From: Nitrospirales bacterium
Lineage (GTDB): Bacteria > Nitrospirota > Nitrospiria > Nitrospirales > UBA8639
DNA length: 64,000 nt
NCBI GenBank assembly: GCA_963422365.1
Contig: OY729426.1
Coordinates: forward strand, 1,664,001 to 1,728,000
Direction: 5' to 3'
The translations under genes were made by a program, and so were the position numbers. Shown in pieces: positions 19,401 through 29,193 of this stretch (the stretch's first letter is position 1; each line of letters begins with the position of its first letter). Under the pieces are notes generated by a model, which ran no database searches, was not told where the DNA came from, and worked only from the letters and a program-made list of their open reading frames with translations.

Positions 19401-19964
19401 GAAACAGTCGGTCAGCCTTTGCCGGGCGTATCGGTACGCATCGTCGATCCCGACTCCTTTGACCCCGTACCCGTCGGAGCCCCGGGCATGGCGATCGTCA
19501 AGGGGCCGAATGTCATGCAGGGCTATTTGAACCGTCCCGATCTGACGGCTAAGGCCATGCACGATGGGTGGTACGTGACGGGGGATATTGCCGTCCTCGA
19601 TCAAGACGGATTCCTTGCCATTACGGACCGGCTTTCCCGTTTTGCCAAAATCGGCGGGGAGATGGTGCCGCATGGGAAGGTCGAAGACGCGTTACATCAA
19701 GCCGCCGAGGCAGACATGCAGGTGTTTGCCGTGACCGCTATTCCTGATGAAAAAAAAGGTGAACAATTGGCCGTGCTGCATACGCTCGACGAAGCCGTCA
19801 TTCCCGGTCTGCTGGAAAAAGTCGCAGGGAGCGGTTTGCCGAATTTATTCATCCCGCGAAAAGACGCCTTCATCAAGGTTGATCGGCTTCCAGTGCTCGG
19901 GACGGGAAAGTTGGACCTCCGTGCCCTGAAACGAGTGGCGTTAGACCAGTTATCAGCCGGTTAG
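16452..19964 (+). CDS. MFS + acyltransferase + acyl-ACP synthetase fusion (Aas-type lysophospholipid recycling protein)
   Basis: N-terminal MFS (TQFFGAFNDN), PlsC motifs NHVSFVD and FPEG, AMP-binding FSSGSTGEPKG and EGYGVTE. Start codon uncertain. Confidence 0.9.
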   Translation: MHGGRITMIFFGDTMMSTMFLSLANHSVSNNESHRSRSPLRGLLLTQFFGAFNDNAWKLMVALLAIKQLSSHMGASPEFQAAAQAQTTLTFVVFTLPLALVSVVAGVFADRFSKRSVIVVMKAVEVVLMALGTWALYSNPSGGILPLLVLGGMAVQSALFSPAKYGILPELLPHERLAIGNGQLELWTFLAIIGGTGTGGVLLQLSGTSPWLAGLVLFLFSLAGFAASFLIPAVPRARTEGGVGSTLRGAWTAVQADRVLRFGIAGNVAYWTIASLVGQDILVYATTVLGLSDSLSSLPLATFGIGVGIGSVLAGKLSHAKVEVGHIPLGAIGLTLGLCLLGIVRPGLIGTVCGMGWLGISSGFIVVPIHALIQWRAPEDRRGAVIAFSNTFVFGGVLVGSLAAWGLSSFGLSASGILVVSGFGTAVGTAWSMWILPETFIRMTLFLFTQTIYRLHVVGRSHVPDRGGAVLLPNHVSFVDGLLLLASVDRPIRFVVDRHYYEHPLFHRAARVMGAIPIASQGSPREILHSLREAGRRIDNGELVCLFPEGQITRTGGLLSFRQGFERIVKGRGIPVIPVHLDRIWGSIFSFIGGKFLTKCPERIPYPVTISYGAPMPSTATATEVRQRVQELGEEAWRHRKSDRRPLHHSFIRAARRHPLRVAFADVTRPKVSCLESLAGAIALARALRLDWTNQDTVGILLPPSVGGALVNLAATLSGRTVVNLNYTTGRSGIESVAKQAGLETIVTSRAFLEKANLAMPENIKIIWIEEVRKTVRRAERVTALALALFGPIGMVERGVGAIRRPQMDDLAAIIFSSGSTGEPKGVMLSHFNIDSNVEGVAQVFHVEPSDRVLGILPFFHSFGYLATLWLAVNHGVGVVYHPTPLDAGVLGELIEKKRVTILIVTPTFLQVYWRRCMPDQFGSVRVILTGAEKLSERLADAFEEKFGIRPIEGYGVTECSPVISVNCPDFRAAGFYQSASRRETVGQPLPGVSVRIVDPDSFDPVPVGAPGMAIVKGPNVMQGYLNRPDLTAKAMHDGWYVTGDIAVLDQDGFLAITDRLSRFAKIGGEMVPHGKVEDALHQAAEADMQVFAVTAIPDEKKGEQLAVLHTLDEAVIPGLLEKVAGSGLPNLFIPRKDAFIKVDRLPVLGTGKLDLRALKRVALDQLSAG

Positions 19965-19992
19965 CTTGGCGTCATCGGTGTCCCCAAACGGC

Positions 19993-20975
19993 ATGATCGA
20001 CCCATCTGACACAACGCCGTCTTCGAAGAACATCGGTCGATTGTCATGTGCATCTGGCGGCGCTCCCCGAAGGGAAAAACGGCCGTTACCTTTCCTCAAA
20101 ACTGTTGCGGAGCCCACTGCTCAAGTTTTGGGTGTGGAAATGGGCTGGATGTGAAGAATCCGCGCGACGCCAACCAAAAGTATGTGGAGGATTTGCGCAA
20201 TGAGCTGCAGCAGTCTCTGTACGTAGGGAAAGTGGTCCTGTTAGGAATGGATGGGGTCTATGACAGCAGTGGGAAATTGGATCAGTCGGCAACCGAATGG
20301 TTGGTGGGGAACGAGTCTGTCCTGCAACGGGCTGAACAGTCCCCCATACGTTTTTGGCTGGTGTGTCCATCAATCCGCAACGACGTGATGCGATCAAGGA
20401 ATGGTACCGATGTGTCAACAGAGGGGCGGCGTTGGGCAAAGTTCTTCCGAATGTTCAGCAATTTGATCCGGCCAACACACCCGACACCGCCTTTTATCGG
20501 GCGATGGCCAAACGGCGGATGCCTTTGCTGAGTCACGTGGGTTATGAATTGAGTTTGATCGGCAAAGATCAATCCGTCGGTGATCCGAACCGGCTCCGGA
20601 TGGTCTTGGATGCAGGCGTCACGGTGATCGCCGCCCATGCCTGTAGCGACGGGTTGATGTTCTATGAAAAAGTTTATCCCACATTGTTGGATTCGGTGGA
20701 GACGTCCCCAAACTTCTCTGCGTATATTTCCGCGCTGACGCTGCCCAATCGCTTCAAGATGCTTCTGGCTTGCGGGAGCACCCGAAGTGCGTCATCGCCT
20801 TCTGTTTGGAACGGATTATCCGCTGTCGGTCTTTCACCTGCCGGCTTGGGGCCGTATCGGGATGGGACAGGTATTGGACATCAGGAACACGACGAATCGG
20901 TTTGATCGGCAGGTCAAGGTGTGTGAGTCGTTAGGCATTCGATTCCATTCCTTCCGAGCCGATCGTCGGGTTCTG
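19993..20975 (+). pseudogene. Amidohydrolase family pseudogene
   Basis: DCHVH, GVSINPQRRDA, KVLPNVQ, IAAHAC and LLFGTDYP occur in order but in different frames. Confidence 0.8.
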
Positions 20976-21007
20976 AATGCCAGGGTGTTTTGCTTGCCTG
21001 CAACGAA

Positions 21008-21328
21008 TCAGGCCAATTGTGGGCGTTCACTTCCGCAGTTCCAGCACGAGGTGAAATCTTTCTCGTGTGACTCTCCGCAACGGACGCAGGCCCAGTCTGT
21101 CGATTCATAGGGTCTGGCGGTGCGCCAATTTTCTAGAAATTGTTGAGCCGCGGTATAGTCGGCGTTGTCCAGCACCCAGAGTTCGGGAAAGACTTCGGCG
21201 AAAGGGACTTCTCCGGCTAAGGAGGAGCCGTGTTGGTTGTTGATCCAAGATTGGATGCCCGTTTGATCGAGCATACCTTTGAGCGATTCAACTTCGACGA
21301 GGTTCGGTGAAACAAATAATTTCTGCAT
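21008..21328 (-). CDS. DUF2007 domain protein with C-terminal Zn ribbon
   Basis: AGEVPFAEVFPELWV and WACVRCGE..FTSCWNCG motifs. Confidence 0.8.
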   Translation of the reverse strand: MQKLFVSPNLVEVESLKGMLDQTGIQSWINNQHGSSLAGEVPFAEVFPELWVLDNADYTAAQQFLENWRTARPYESTDWACVRCGESHEKDFTSCWNCGSERPQLA

Positions 21329-21366
21329 GGTGACTAGATCGGCGGGAGCCTGTATGCAGGAGAATC

Positions 21367-21672
21367 TTAGGGGTACAAGATGAGCGTAAGACCTATCAGT
21401 GAGAGGACAAAGGCGACCATGCTGATGATCAGGGTTCGCCGAAGGATCGTTTGCAGGGAATCGACTTGTCTCGTCAGTTTCTCGATGAGTTCAGGCTGTT
21501 GCGTGAATTGATGCTCAAGTTTCAGAATGCGTGCCTCGAAAGGCTCTTCTCGTGATTGAGGCTCTGCCTGTTGCTTGTTGAGGGTCGCAACAGTGGAGAC
21601 AATGTCGGGAATGCTGGGGGCGACCAGTTTAAGCAAAAACTTGGCGATGGGCCACGCAACAGGCATGCTCAA
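21367..21672 (-). CDS. Hypothetical coiled-coil protein with C-terminal TM helix
   Basis: Heptad-like segment and hydrophobic C-terminus; co-oriented with its neighbours. Confidence 0.6.
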   Translation of the reverse strand: MSMPVAWPIAKFLLKLVAPSIPDIVSTVATLNKQQAEPQSREEPFEARILKLEHQFTQQPELIEKLTRQVDSLQTILRRTLIISMVAFVLSLIGLTLILYP

Positions 21673-21710
21673 TCTTATCGTTCTTCCAGAAAAAAGAGAA
21701 GGGGTTTTTC

Positions 21711-23033
21711 TTATAACCGTGTCGCCAGTCGGCGGACCAATTGGCGTTCGTCAGCTTCGGTTTCCACTTCTTTATTTAATCGTGCATCCACAAGGCGGTC
21801 CAACATTTTTTGGTAGACAGGACCAGGTTGCAATCCCATCGCTTTGAAGTCTTTTCCGTTTAAGATCGGGGTTACCTGTCGATAGACGGTGAACAGGGTA
21901 GAAATTTTTTGTTTTCCCTGCTCTGATTGGGTTTTGGCCATAAGAAACACAAGCGTCTCGTCCGGGAGATTGCAGAGCATCCGGAACGTCTCGGATGGTT
22001 TGATCGTTGTTCCTTGGTTGAGGGTCCGTAACAGGCGAGCCCCTTCTTGGGCGACCCATAACATGGATTGGATCTGACGCCGAGGAAACGTCAACCGGGT
22101 TAGTGCTTCTTCTACGGCTGATTGGGGAAGCGCATCCATCAAGGCCATGCTATAGACGACCCATGGATACATGGGTCGATCAAGAGAGAGTCGGGTATAC
22201 CATTTGACGGCTTTTTCGGCTGCGTTCAGGAGTCGAGCAAGTCCGGGAGACCATTGCAGTTGCGGGTGAATGAATTGAAGCAGGTTGAAGTCTGCCAGTC
22301 TGGCAAGCACTTTGCCGGGCTCACGTTCTGATAACACGTGAAGAAGTTCATCCGAGAGTCGAGACGGGGAGAGGTGGTGCACGATGTCCATTTTCACCGC
22401 TTCTTTCATCAGGACGGCCGTGTCTTGGCCAAGTTGAAACCCCAGGCGTTGCTCGAACCGAATGGCGCGAAACACGCGAGTCGGATCTTCTATGAAGCTG
22501 AGATGATGCAGCACGCGAATGGTTTTATCGTGCAAATCTCGTTGGCCGCCGTGAAGATCTACCAATTCACCGAAACGAGAGGCATTGAGCCGGATCGCCA
22601 GGGTGTTGATCGTGAAGTCCCGTCGGTAGACGTCTTTCTTGATCGAACTCTGTTTCACCGTTGGGAGTGCGGCCGGATGGTCATAAGATTCCGTTCGAGC
22701 CGTGGCAATGTCGAGTGTGTGCCCATCCGCGAACGTCACGGTGGCGGTGCCGAATCGTTCATGGATTTTGACGCGGGCCTTGTATGGTTGGGCGAAGGCT
22801 TTCGCAAAACGAATCCCATTGCCTTCGACGACCAGATCGACATCGAAACTCGGTGTGGCGAGCAAGAGGTCGCGGACAAACCCTCCGACCGCGTACACGG
22901 AACTCCGATGCCGGTCAGCCATCTCTCCCGCGTGTTGGAAGAGAGAGAAAAGGTGTCCGGGCAATCGGGCCTTCATGAGGGAATGAAGGCGGCGGCGGTG
23001 TTTCCGGGATCTGGGTTGCGGTGGCCGGGTCAC
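21711..23033 (-). CDS. Class II tRNA nucleotidyltransferase (CCA- or A-adding)
   Basis: VGGFVRD, DVDLVV, RRDFTIN and SFIEDPTR motifs. Confidence 0.9.
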   Translation of the reverse strand: MTRPPQPRSRKHRRRLHSLMKARLPGHLFSLFQHAGEMADRHRSSVYAVGGFVRDLLLATPSFDVDLVVEGNGIRFAKAFAQPYKARVKIHERFGTATVTFADGHTLDIATARTESYDHPAALPTVKQSSIKKDVYRRDFTINTLAIRLNASRFGELVDLHGGQRDLHDKTIRVLHHLSFIEDPTRVFRAIRFEQRLGFQLGQDTAVLMKEAVKMDIVHHLSPSRLSDELLHVLSEREPGKVLARLADFNLLQFIHPQLQWSPGLARLLNAAEKAVKWYTRLSLDRPMYPWVVYSMALMDALPQSAVEEALTRLTFPRRQIQSMLWVAQEGARLLRTLNQGTTIKPSETFRMLCNLPDETLVFLMAKTQSEQGKQKISTLFTVYRQVTPILNGKDFKAMGLQPGPVYQKMLDRLVDARLNKEVETEADERQLVRRLATRL

Positions 23034-23084
23034 ATGCGTTGTGATAGGTCAAGGTCGGGCTTCACCCGAGTGGTCAGAGCGTGA

Positions 23085-24905
23085 TTAGCTCCCAGAACCT
23101 AAAACCCGGTTGAGGTTAAACGCCGAGCTGATCAACGCCAAGTGCGTAAATGCTTGCGGGAAGTTCCCTAGGCCCTCGCCATGATGTCCCGTCTCTTCGG
23201 CATAGAGTCCAAGGTGATTGGCATAGCCCAGCATTTGCTCAAACGTCAGTCGTGCCTCATCGATCTGCCCCGCGCGGGTGAGCGCTTCGACTAACCAAAA
23301 CGTACAAATGTTGAAGGTGCCTTCTTCGCCGTTGAGCCCATCCTCTGTTTCGTTGATGTTGTACCGATACACCAAGGCATTGGCGACTAATCCCCCTTTC
23401 TCCGGAGACTTGTTGATCGCTTCCAGGGTCCTGAGCATCCGGGGATCAGTCGGGGAGACAAAAAAGACCAAAGGCATCATGAGGTTCGCCGCGTCAAGGC
23501 TTTCGCCGCCATACCGTTGGACGAAGGCTTTTCGGGTCTCACTCCATCCTTTTGCCATGATTTCTTCATAAATGGTATCGCGGACTTTCAGCCACCGATC
23601 ACGATCCGCGGGAAATGAGCGTCTGTCGGCGAGGCGCAGGCCTCGGTCGATGGCGACCCAGCACATGAGTTTCGAATACAGGAAATGTTGCTGGCCGCCC
23701 CGAATTTCCCAAAGCCCTTCATCCGGACGCATCCAGTTGTCGCATACCCAGTTCACCAAACGGCGTAAATGTCTCCAGAGGTCGTAGGAAATCGGAGTGC
23801 CGTATTTGTTGTAGAGATACACCGAATCCAACAATTCGCCGTAAATATCCAATTGGAGTTGATTGTAGGCGCCGTTTCCGATGCGAACGGGGCGAGATCC
23901 CTTATACCCGTCGAGATGAGACAAGGTTGCTTCCTGCAATGCATGTCGACCATCGATGCCATACATGATTTGCAACGACCCATCAGGCTTGAGTTCATGG
24001 CAGCGGGCTTCGAGCCAGTGCATGAATTGTTCCGCTTCTTTCGTGAACCCAATGCGCAAGAAGGCATAGATGGTAAAAGCCGCGTCACGAATCCACGTGT
24101 AACGATAATCCCAATTGCGTTCTCCTCCGATGCCTTCCGGCAAGCTACACGTCGGAGCGGCGACAATCGCTCCTGTCGGCTCAAAGGTGAGCAGTTTGAG
24201 GGTCAAAGCCGAGCGTTGCACCATTTCGCGCCAGCGACCTCGATAGGTACACTGAGAAAGCCATTGTCGCCAGTAGGCTACGGTCTGGCGAAAGAGTTCG
24301 TCGGCCTGGTCTTCAGAGAGGGCCACGCAACAGGCATCGGTCTGCTCGACTTGTTGCAGGGAAAAACTCAATTCGTGACCCTCTTGGATCGCAAATTCAG
24401 CGACAACGCCGTCGCCTTCTTGTGTTAAGGGAATCGTCGATCCCAACCACAGGCTCAGATCCGTGGCTTCGAAACAGGCGCCGTCGGGGGTAAGGGTTGT
24501 TGTGTGTGGGGCTTGAGCGTAAGTGAATGCAGGGAAACACTCCAAGTGAAACGTCAAAGTGCCGCGAATCGCTTGTACGCGGCGAATGATTCCATGATAA
24601 CCCGGTGCAGTTGCCTTAAGACCAACCGGCATAAAGTCGATGACTTGTCCCACTCCTTGTTTAGAAAGAAATCGAGTGACCAGCACATTCGTATCCGGCC
24701 AGTAATACTGCCTGTGCGTGGCTCCATTCCCTTGGGCCGCAATCTTAAACCGCCCACCTTTGCGATCATCCAAGACGGCGCCGAATACGCTTGGTGAATC
24801 GAAGTAAGGAAAACAGAACCAATCGATCGATCCATTCACGCCCACCAACGCACTGGTTCGCATATTGCCGATCAAGCCGTAATTTTCAATCGGGAGGTAG
24901 GGCAT
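23085..24905 (-). CDS. Glycoside hydrolase family 15 (trehalase/glucoamylase-like)
   Basis: [32 protein letters not shown] and GNFPQAFTH motifs. Confidence 0.93.
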   Translation of the reverse strand: MPYLPIENYGLIGNMRTSALVGVNGSIDWFCFPYFDSPSVFGAVLDDRKGGRFKIAAQGNGATHRQYYWPDTNVLVTRFLSKQGVGQVIDFMPVGLKATAPGYHGIIRRVQAIRGTLTFHLECFPAFTYAQAPHTTTLTPDGACFEATDLSLWLGSTIPLTQEGDGVVAEFAIQEGHELSFSLQQVEQTDACCVALSEDQADELFRQTVAYWRQWLSQCTYRGRWREMVQRSALTLKLLTFEPTGAIVAAPTCSLPEGIGGERNWDYRYTWIRDAAFTIYAFLRIGFTKEAEQFMHWLEARCHELKPDGSLQIMYGIDGRHALQEATLSHLDGYKGSRPVRIGNGAYNQLQLDIYGELLDSVYLYNKYGTPISYDLWRHLRRLVNWVCDNWMRPDEGLWEIRGGQQHFLYSKLMCWVAIDRGLRLADRRSFPADRDRWLKVRDTIYEEIMAKGWSETRKAFVQRYGGESLDAANLMMPLVFFVSPTDPRMLRTLEAINKSPEKGGLVANALVYRYNINETEDGLNGEEGTFNICTFWLVEALTRAGQIDEARLTFEQMLGYANHLGLYAEETGHHGEGLGNFPQAFTHLALISSAFNLNRVLGSGS

Positions 24906-25231
24906 AGGTTACTCTTGATAAGAATTCCCAGGATGATTCATCGTGTCCATTGATTCGGTTATTGGTTTTTCTGTCGGGATCCGGAGAGCGGCAGTCGAGC
25001 CCTTACTATTGGGAGTCGGTTTACCCAAGACGGGTAACAGGTATTCAAGCAGAAAATCAAATCTTTTCTGCCTGGCGGGTTCCGGGCGGGTGAATAGGCT
25101 GAACGTCACGCCATCCTGACGCCACAGATTAGCCTGCTTCTTTGCATACGGTACCCGTCTGGTTTAAGCTTTTTCTTGACGGACTTAAGGAAAAATTTTG
25201 ATAAATTATCCATCAGCTAAGGGCGAAACCC

Positions 25232-26515
25232 ATGTCGAGTGAGCAGAAGCCGAAACCCTCGGCCACAGACTGGCCAAAAGCTGCGATTGTCACCACACGG
25301 CCTAAAGATCCACCGACGCGTCGAGCCTTTTTAGTCGGAGCCACGTCGGTTTTGGGGACGGCTGCAGCGCATGTCGTGCTCTCGCCTTTCCTGGGACATG
25401 CTGCAGATGTTCCCGGCGATCCCAGCCGAGTGCCAGGAACTCAAGCTACGGAATATGGGCAACGCTCGCAATTCGAACATGCTAAGCGGTTAACCAAGCC
25501 ACAGCGATCAAAAACCCCCTTACAAGACTTGCATGGCATCATGACCCCTTCGGCCTTACATTTTGAACGCCATCATAATGGCGTGCCCCTCATCGATCCC
25601 ACGAGGCATCGCCTCTTGATCCATGGCCTGGTGGAACGGCCACTGCTCTTTACCATCGATGAGTTGAAACGGTTTCCCGTGACCTCACGGATTGTTTTTG
25701 TCGAGTGTTCGGGAAATAGCGGGAACGAATGGAAAGGGCCAACGGGCAAGACCGCTCAAGAGATCCATGGCCTGACCAGTACCAGTGAGTGGACGGGCGT
25801 TCGACTGTCGACGGTATTAGCGGAAGCCGGTCTACCCCCCGGAGCAACCTGGATGTTAGCCGAGGGCAGCGATGCTGCTGTGATGACGCGGAGTATCCCG
25901 TTGGAACGGGTTCTGGATGAAGCCCTGTTGTGCTATGCGCAGAACGGGGAACCACTTCGTCCGGAGCAAGGATATCCCCTGCGGCTGTTGTTGCCGGGGC
26001 TGGAAGGCAATATGTGCATTAAATGGTTGCGACGCCTGAAGCTTGTTTCCGCACCAGTGATGACTCGCGAAGAAACTTCGAAATACACCGACTTGATGCC
26101 GGATGGGACCGCGCGTCAGTTCACCTTTGACATGGAAGCGAAGTCGGTAATCATGGCGCCGTCCGGAGGGCATCGCTTACAAGAGTCGGGCTATGTGGAA
26201 ATCCGGGGTTTAGCGTGGAGTGGACGAGGACGAGTCGAAAAAGTGGAGGTGAGTGCGGATGGGGGAAAAAGTTGGCGAACTGCAGCGTTACAAGCCCCGG
26301 TTCTGCCGAAATGCCACACCAGATTTTGTCTCGATTGGTGGTGGGATCGCCAAGAAGTCATTCTCCAAAGCCGCTGTACCGATGAAACAGGGTATCGGCA
26401 ACCGACGCGTCAAGATCTGGTTGCTGTCCGTGGCACCAATTCGTACTACCATTATAATGCCATCCAGAGCTGGAAGATCGACGAAGAGGGGAGTGTGCAG
26501 AATGTGCAGGTATGA
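25232..26515 (+). CDS. soxC: Periplasmic sulfite dehydrogenase molybdopterin subunit (SoxC-like)
   Basis: Tat signal TRRAFL, HFERHH, Moco-ligand ECSGN, EQGYPLRL and GLAWSG motifs. Confidence 0.9.
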   Translation: MSSEQKPKPSATDWPKAAIVTTRPKDPPTRRAFLVGATSVLGTAAAHVVLSPFLGHAADVPGDPSRVPGTQATEYGQRSQFEHAKRLTKPQRSKTPLQDLHGIMTPSALHFERHHNGVPLIDPTRHRLLIHGLVERPLLFTIDELKRFPVTSRIVFVECSGNSGNEWKGPTGKTAQEIHGLTSTSEWTGVRLSTVLAEAGLPPGATWMLAEGSDAAVMTRSIPLERVLDEALLCYAQNGEPLRPEQGYPLRLLLPGLEGNMCIKWLRRLKLVSAPVMTREETSKYTDLMPDGTARQFTFDMEAKSVIMAPSGGHRLQESGYVEIRGLAWSGRGRVEKVEVSADGGKSWRTAALQAPVLPKCHTRFCLDWWWDRQEVILQSRCTDETGYRQPTRQDLVAVRGTNSYYHYNAIQSWKIDEEGSVQNVQV

Positions 26516-26620
26516 TGGATGCGCAATCCTCTTTCTGTTTTTGCAGGGGCTCACATCGTATGCTGCCCCGAATGCCACATATGGAGTGGCCGTGAAAGGT
26601 ACGACAAGGAGGAACAACTG

Positions 26621-28597
26621 ATGTTTCAACGGCAACGAACTTTTCTTCTTTTGCTTCTGGTCATGATAGCTGGTAGTCCGACTGATTTGTGGGGGATATC
26701 GAGGAACGAAGCCTTTCATCTTGGTCGTCCCCCTACGGCCGAGGAAATCCGAGCCTGGAATATTGACGTGGCGCCGGATGGCGAAGGATTGCCGGTTGGC
26801 AAGGGTACGGTGCAGGAAGGAGCGGACGTGTATGCCGAGTACTGTGCACGTTGTCATGGTGCAACCGGTGCGGAAGGTCCCATGCCCAAGCTGGTTGGCG
26901 GGCAGGGCACGCTTGCGAGCGCTCACCCTCTGAAAACGGTCGGCAGTTATTGGCCGTATGCAACGACCGTGTTTGATTATATTTATCGTGCGATGCCGTT
27001 TGTTGCGCCGCAGTCTCTGACGCCCGATCAGGTGTATGCCGTGACAGCCTGGATTTTGTGTCAAAATGGACTGTTGGGAACAGACGCCGTGCTTACTCAA
27101 GAGACGCTTCCCGAGGTTCGGATGTTGCATCGCGACGGCTTTGTCCCCGATCCTCGTCCGGATGTAACCCGATCGCGTTCTCACCAAACAACCGCTTCCT
27201 CACTCGGTGAGATTGCTTTTCCCACTTCGGGTTCTCGAGAAGCCCAACTCCCGTTTCTTCAGGGGGTGTTGTTATTACACAACTTTGAATATGACGACGC
27301 CCAAGCGGCATTCCAGCAGGCGCAGCATCTTGACCCTGATTTTGCGATGGCCTACTGGGGAGAGGCCATGACGATGACCCACCCCCTGTGGGGGGAGCAA
27401 GACTTGCAACAGGCTTTGGATATTTTACAGCGATTGGCTCCCACCCCGAAGCAGCGATTGGCCGCGGCTCAGACCACACGAGAACAAGGTTATCTGCGAG
27501 CGGTCGAGGCATTATATGGCGAGGGCGATAAGAAACAACGCGACCAGGCGTACATGGCTGCCATGCAAGCTCTTGCTCAACAATTTCCTGAAGATGATAA
27601 CGCCAGGGCATTGTATGCGCTGTCAATGTTGGGTTCCGCACAAGGCAAACGAGTGGAAACACTTTATCTTAAGGCCGCTTCCATTGCCCAAGCCGTTTTT
27701 GAGAGAAATCCACGCCATCCCGGTGGCGTTCATTATCTTATTCATGCGCTGGATGATCCGGCTCATGCTTCCATGGCCGTGGGTGCGGCACGTGCCTATG
27801 CCGACATTGCCTCGGCGGCCCCTCATGCCCAGCACATGCCCTCGCATATTTTTATGGCATTAGGCCTGTGGGATGATGTCATCCGAACTAATAAGAGGAG
27901 TTGGGCGGCGAGTGAGCAGCGGCGAGTCCGTAAAGGGTTAGGCGTGGAGAAGCGTTCTTATCACGTGGCCCATTGGCTGATGTACGCGTTGCTTCAGCAG
28001 GGTCGCGTGGAAGAAGCCAAGCCCTTTCTCAGCATGGTTGAGGAGGATGCCGGACAGGTGAGGTCTCGGGTTGTTCAGCGCTACCGAGCGGCCATGCGCG
28101 CGACATCTCTCATTGAGACCCGGGAGTGGGACGTGACCTGGCTCGATCGTGATTGGTCAGCCTTGCAGGTGTCCACGGCGATGAGTGAGTTATTTGCCAT
28201 TGGCATGAGTGCGGTCAAAACCGGACACGGGAAGGTGGCCAAACAGGTGCTGGATCAGTTCCGTCGGCAAATGGATCGTGCGATCAGTGAGGGATCGATG
28301 ACGCATGGACGATCAGGGAAAGTGATGAAGAACCAACTGTTCGCAATCATGTTGCTTGCGGAGGGAAAAGTTGACGAAGGGCTTGCGCTTTTGAAGGAAA
28401 CGGCCTCTTTGGAAGATACGATTCCTTTTGTTGCCGGTCCGGTGTTTCCAGTCAAACCGGCGCATGAGTTATTCGGTGAGGCGCTCTTGAGTCTGGGAAA
28501 ACGAGACGAGGCGCGACGCCAGTTTGCGTTGGCCTTAGAACGTGCGCCTAACCGAGCGTTGTCAGTTAAAGGGTTGGCGCGGACGACGACTCACTAA
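26621..28597 (+). CDS. SoxD-like monoheme cytochrome c fused to a His-rich TPR domain
   Basis: AAGGAGG RBS; DV.PDGEGLP.G.G, CARCH and TVGSYWPYATT.FDYI.RAMP, then a TPR region with HPGGVHYLIHA and HAQHMPSHIF. Confidence 0.85.
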   Translation: MFQRQRTFLLLLLVMIAGSPTDLWGISRNEAFHLGRPPTAEEIRAWNIDVAPDGEGLPVGKGTVQEGADVYAEYCARCHGATGAEGPMPKLVGGQGTLASAHPLKTVGSYWPYATTVFDYIYRAMPFVAPQSLTPDQVYAVTAWILCQNGLLGTDAVLTQETLPEVRMLHRDGFVPDPRPDVTRSRSHQTTASSLGEIAFPTSGSREAQLPFLQGVLLLHNFEYDDAQAAFQQAQHLDPDFAMAYWGEAMTMTHPLWGEQDLQQALDILQRLAPTPKQRLAAAQTTREQGYLRAVEALYGEGDKKQRDQAYMAAMQALAQQFPEDDNARALYALSMLGSAQGKRVETLYLKAASIAQAVFERNPRHPGGVHYLIHALDDPAHASMAVGAARAYADIASAAPHAQHMPSHIFMALGLWDDVIRTNKRSWAASEQRRVRKGLGVEKRSYHVAHWLMYALLQQGRVEEAKPFLSMVEEDAGQVRSRVVQRYRAAMRATSLIETREWDVTWLDRDWSALQVSTAMSELFAIGMSAVKTGHGKVAKQVLDQFRRQMDRAISEGSMTHGRSGKVMKNQLFAIMLLAEGKVDEGLALLKETASLEDTIPFVAGPVFPVKPAHELFGEALLSLGKRDEARRQFALALERAPNRALSVKGLARTTTH

Positions 28598-28890
28598 ATG
28601 GTTTCGGGACACGGGGAGGCGCTTTTGGAAGAAACCGTAGGATTATTCGTTTGCGGGTGGAGTTCTTTGATGCTGTCCCACGAGGGGGGATTTGTGTGAA
28701 GGGATTGCAGCTCTTTGCGCCTCGTGAACCACTCGATTGCGCAATACACGCCTAGACTCGCCAAGAGACCGACTAAGATCACGGTGCTCTTTTGAGTCGT
28801 CATGGTGTCATCTAAATAGCCCATGACGCTAAAAAACCCAAAACACACACACCACAAAAAAATGATCACGAACCGAAGAGCATGTTCCAT
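28594..28890 (-). CDS. Small hypothetical membrane protein (2 TM)
   Basis: Two hydrophobic helices. Start placed downstream of the REP element. Confidence 0.5.
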   Translation of the reverse strand: MEHALRFVIIFLWCVCFGFFSVMGYLDDTMTTQKSTVILVGLLASLGVYCAIEWFTRRKELQSLHTNPPSWDSIKELHPQTNNPTVSSKSASPCPETI

Positions 28891-28906
28891 TGAGATCTCA
28901 ACTTGT

Positions 28907-29058
28907 GTCATTCCTGACATTTGTCATCGGGAATCCAGTCCATGTGTAGGAACGCATCCCTGTTCGGGGACAGGGACATGCCTTATGCCGCCTCGCCGCC
29001 CTGAAGAAAGCGCCATGAGCCTGTCCTCCATGTCATTCTGAGCGAAGCGAAGAATCTG
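28907..29058 (+). repeat. Cluster of REP-like elements
   Basis: GTCATTCCTGACATTTGTCATCGGGAATCCAGT, a degenerate GTAG unit at 28946 and GTCATTCTGAGCGAAGCGAAGAATCTG. Confidence 0.65.
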
Positions 29059-29193
29059 CTTTTAATGGCCCTTTATCAACGGCTTCCTTGTTTCCCATTG
29101 TCCGGCTTTTGCGATTTTCACGCAAGTGAGATGAGAATGTGGTATCTGACGTCGTTCCTGAGCGCACGCGCGCGACTGTGAGGTGATCCTTTT

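Noticed and set aside
17685..19673. Long antisense ORFs (662 aa here; also 6020-7321 and 37379-38419)
   Set aside because: They shadow well-supported genes or pseudogenes on the opposite strand and show no recognisable motifs.
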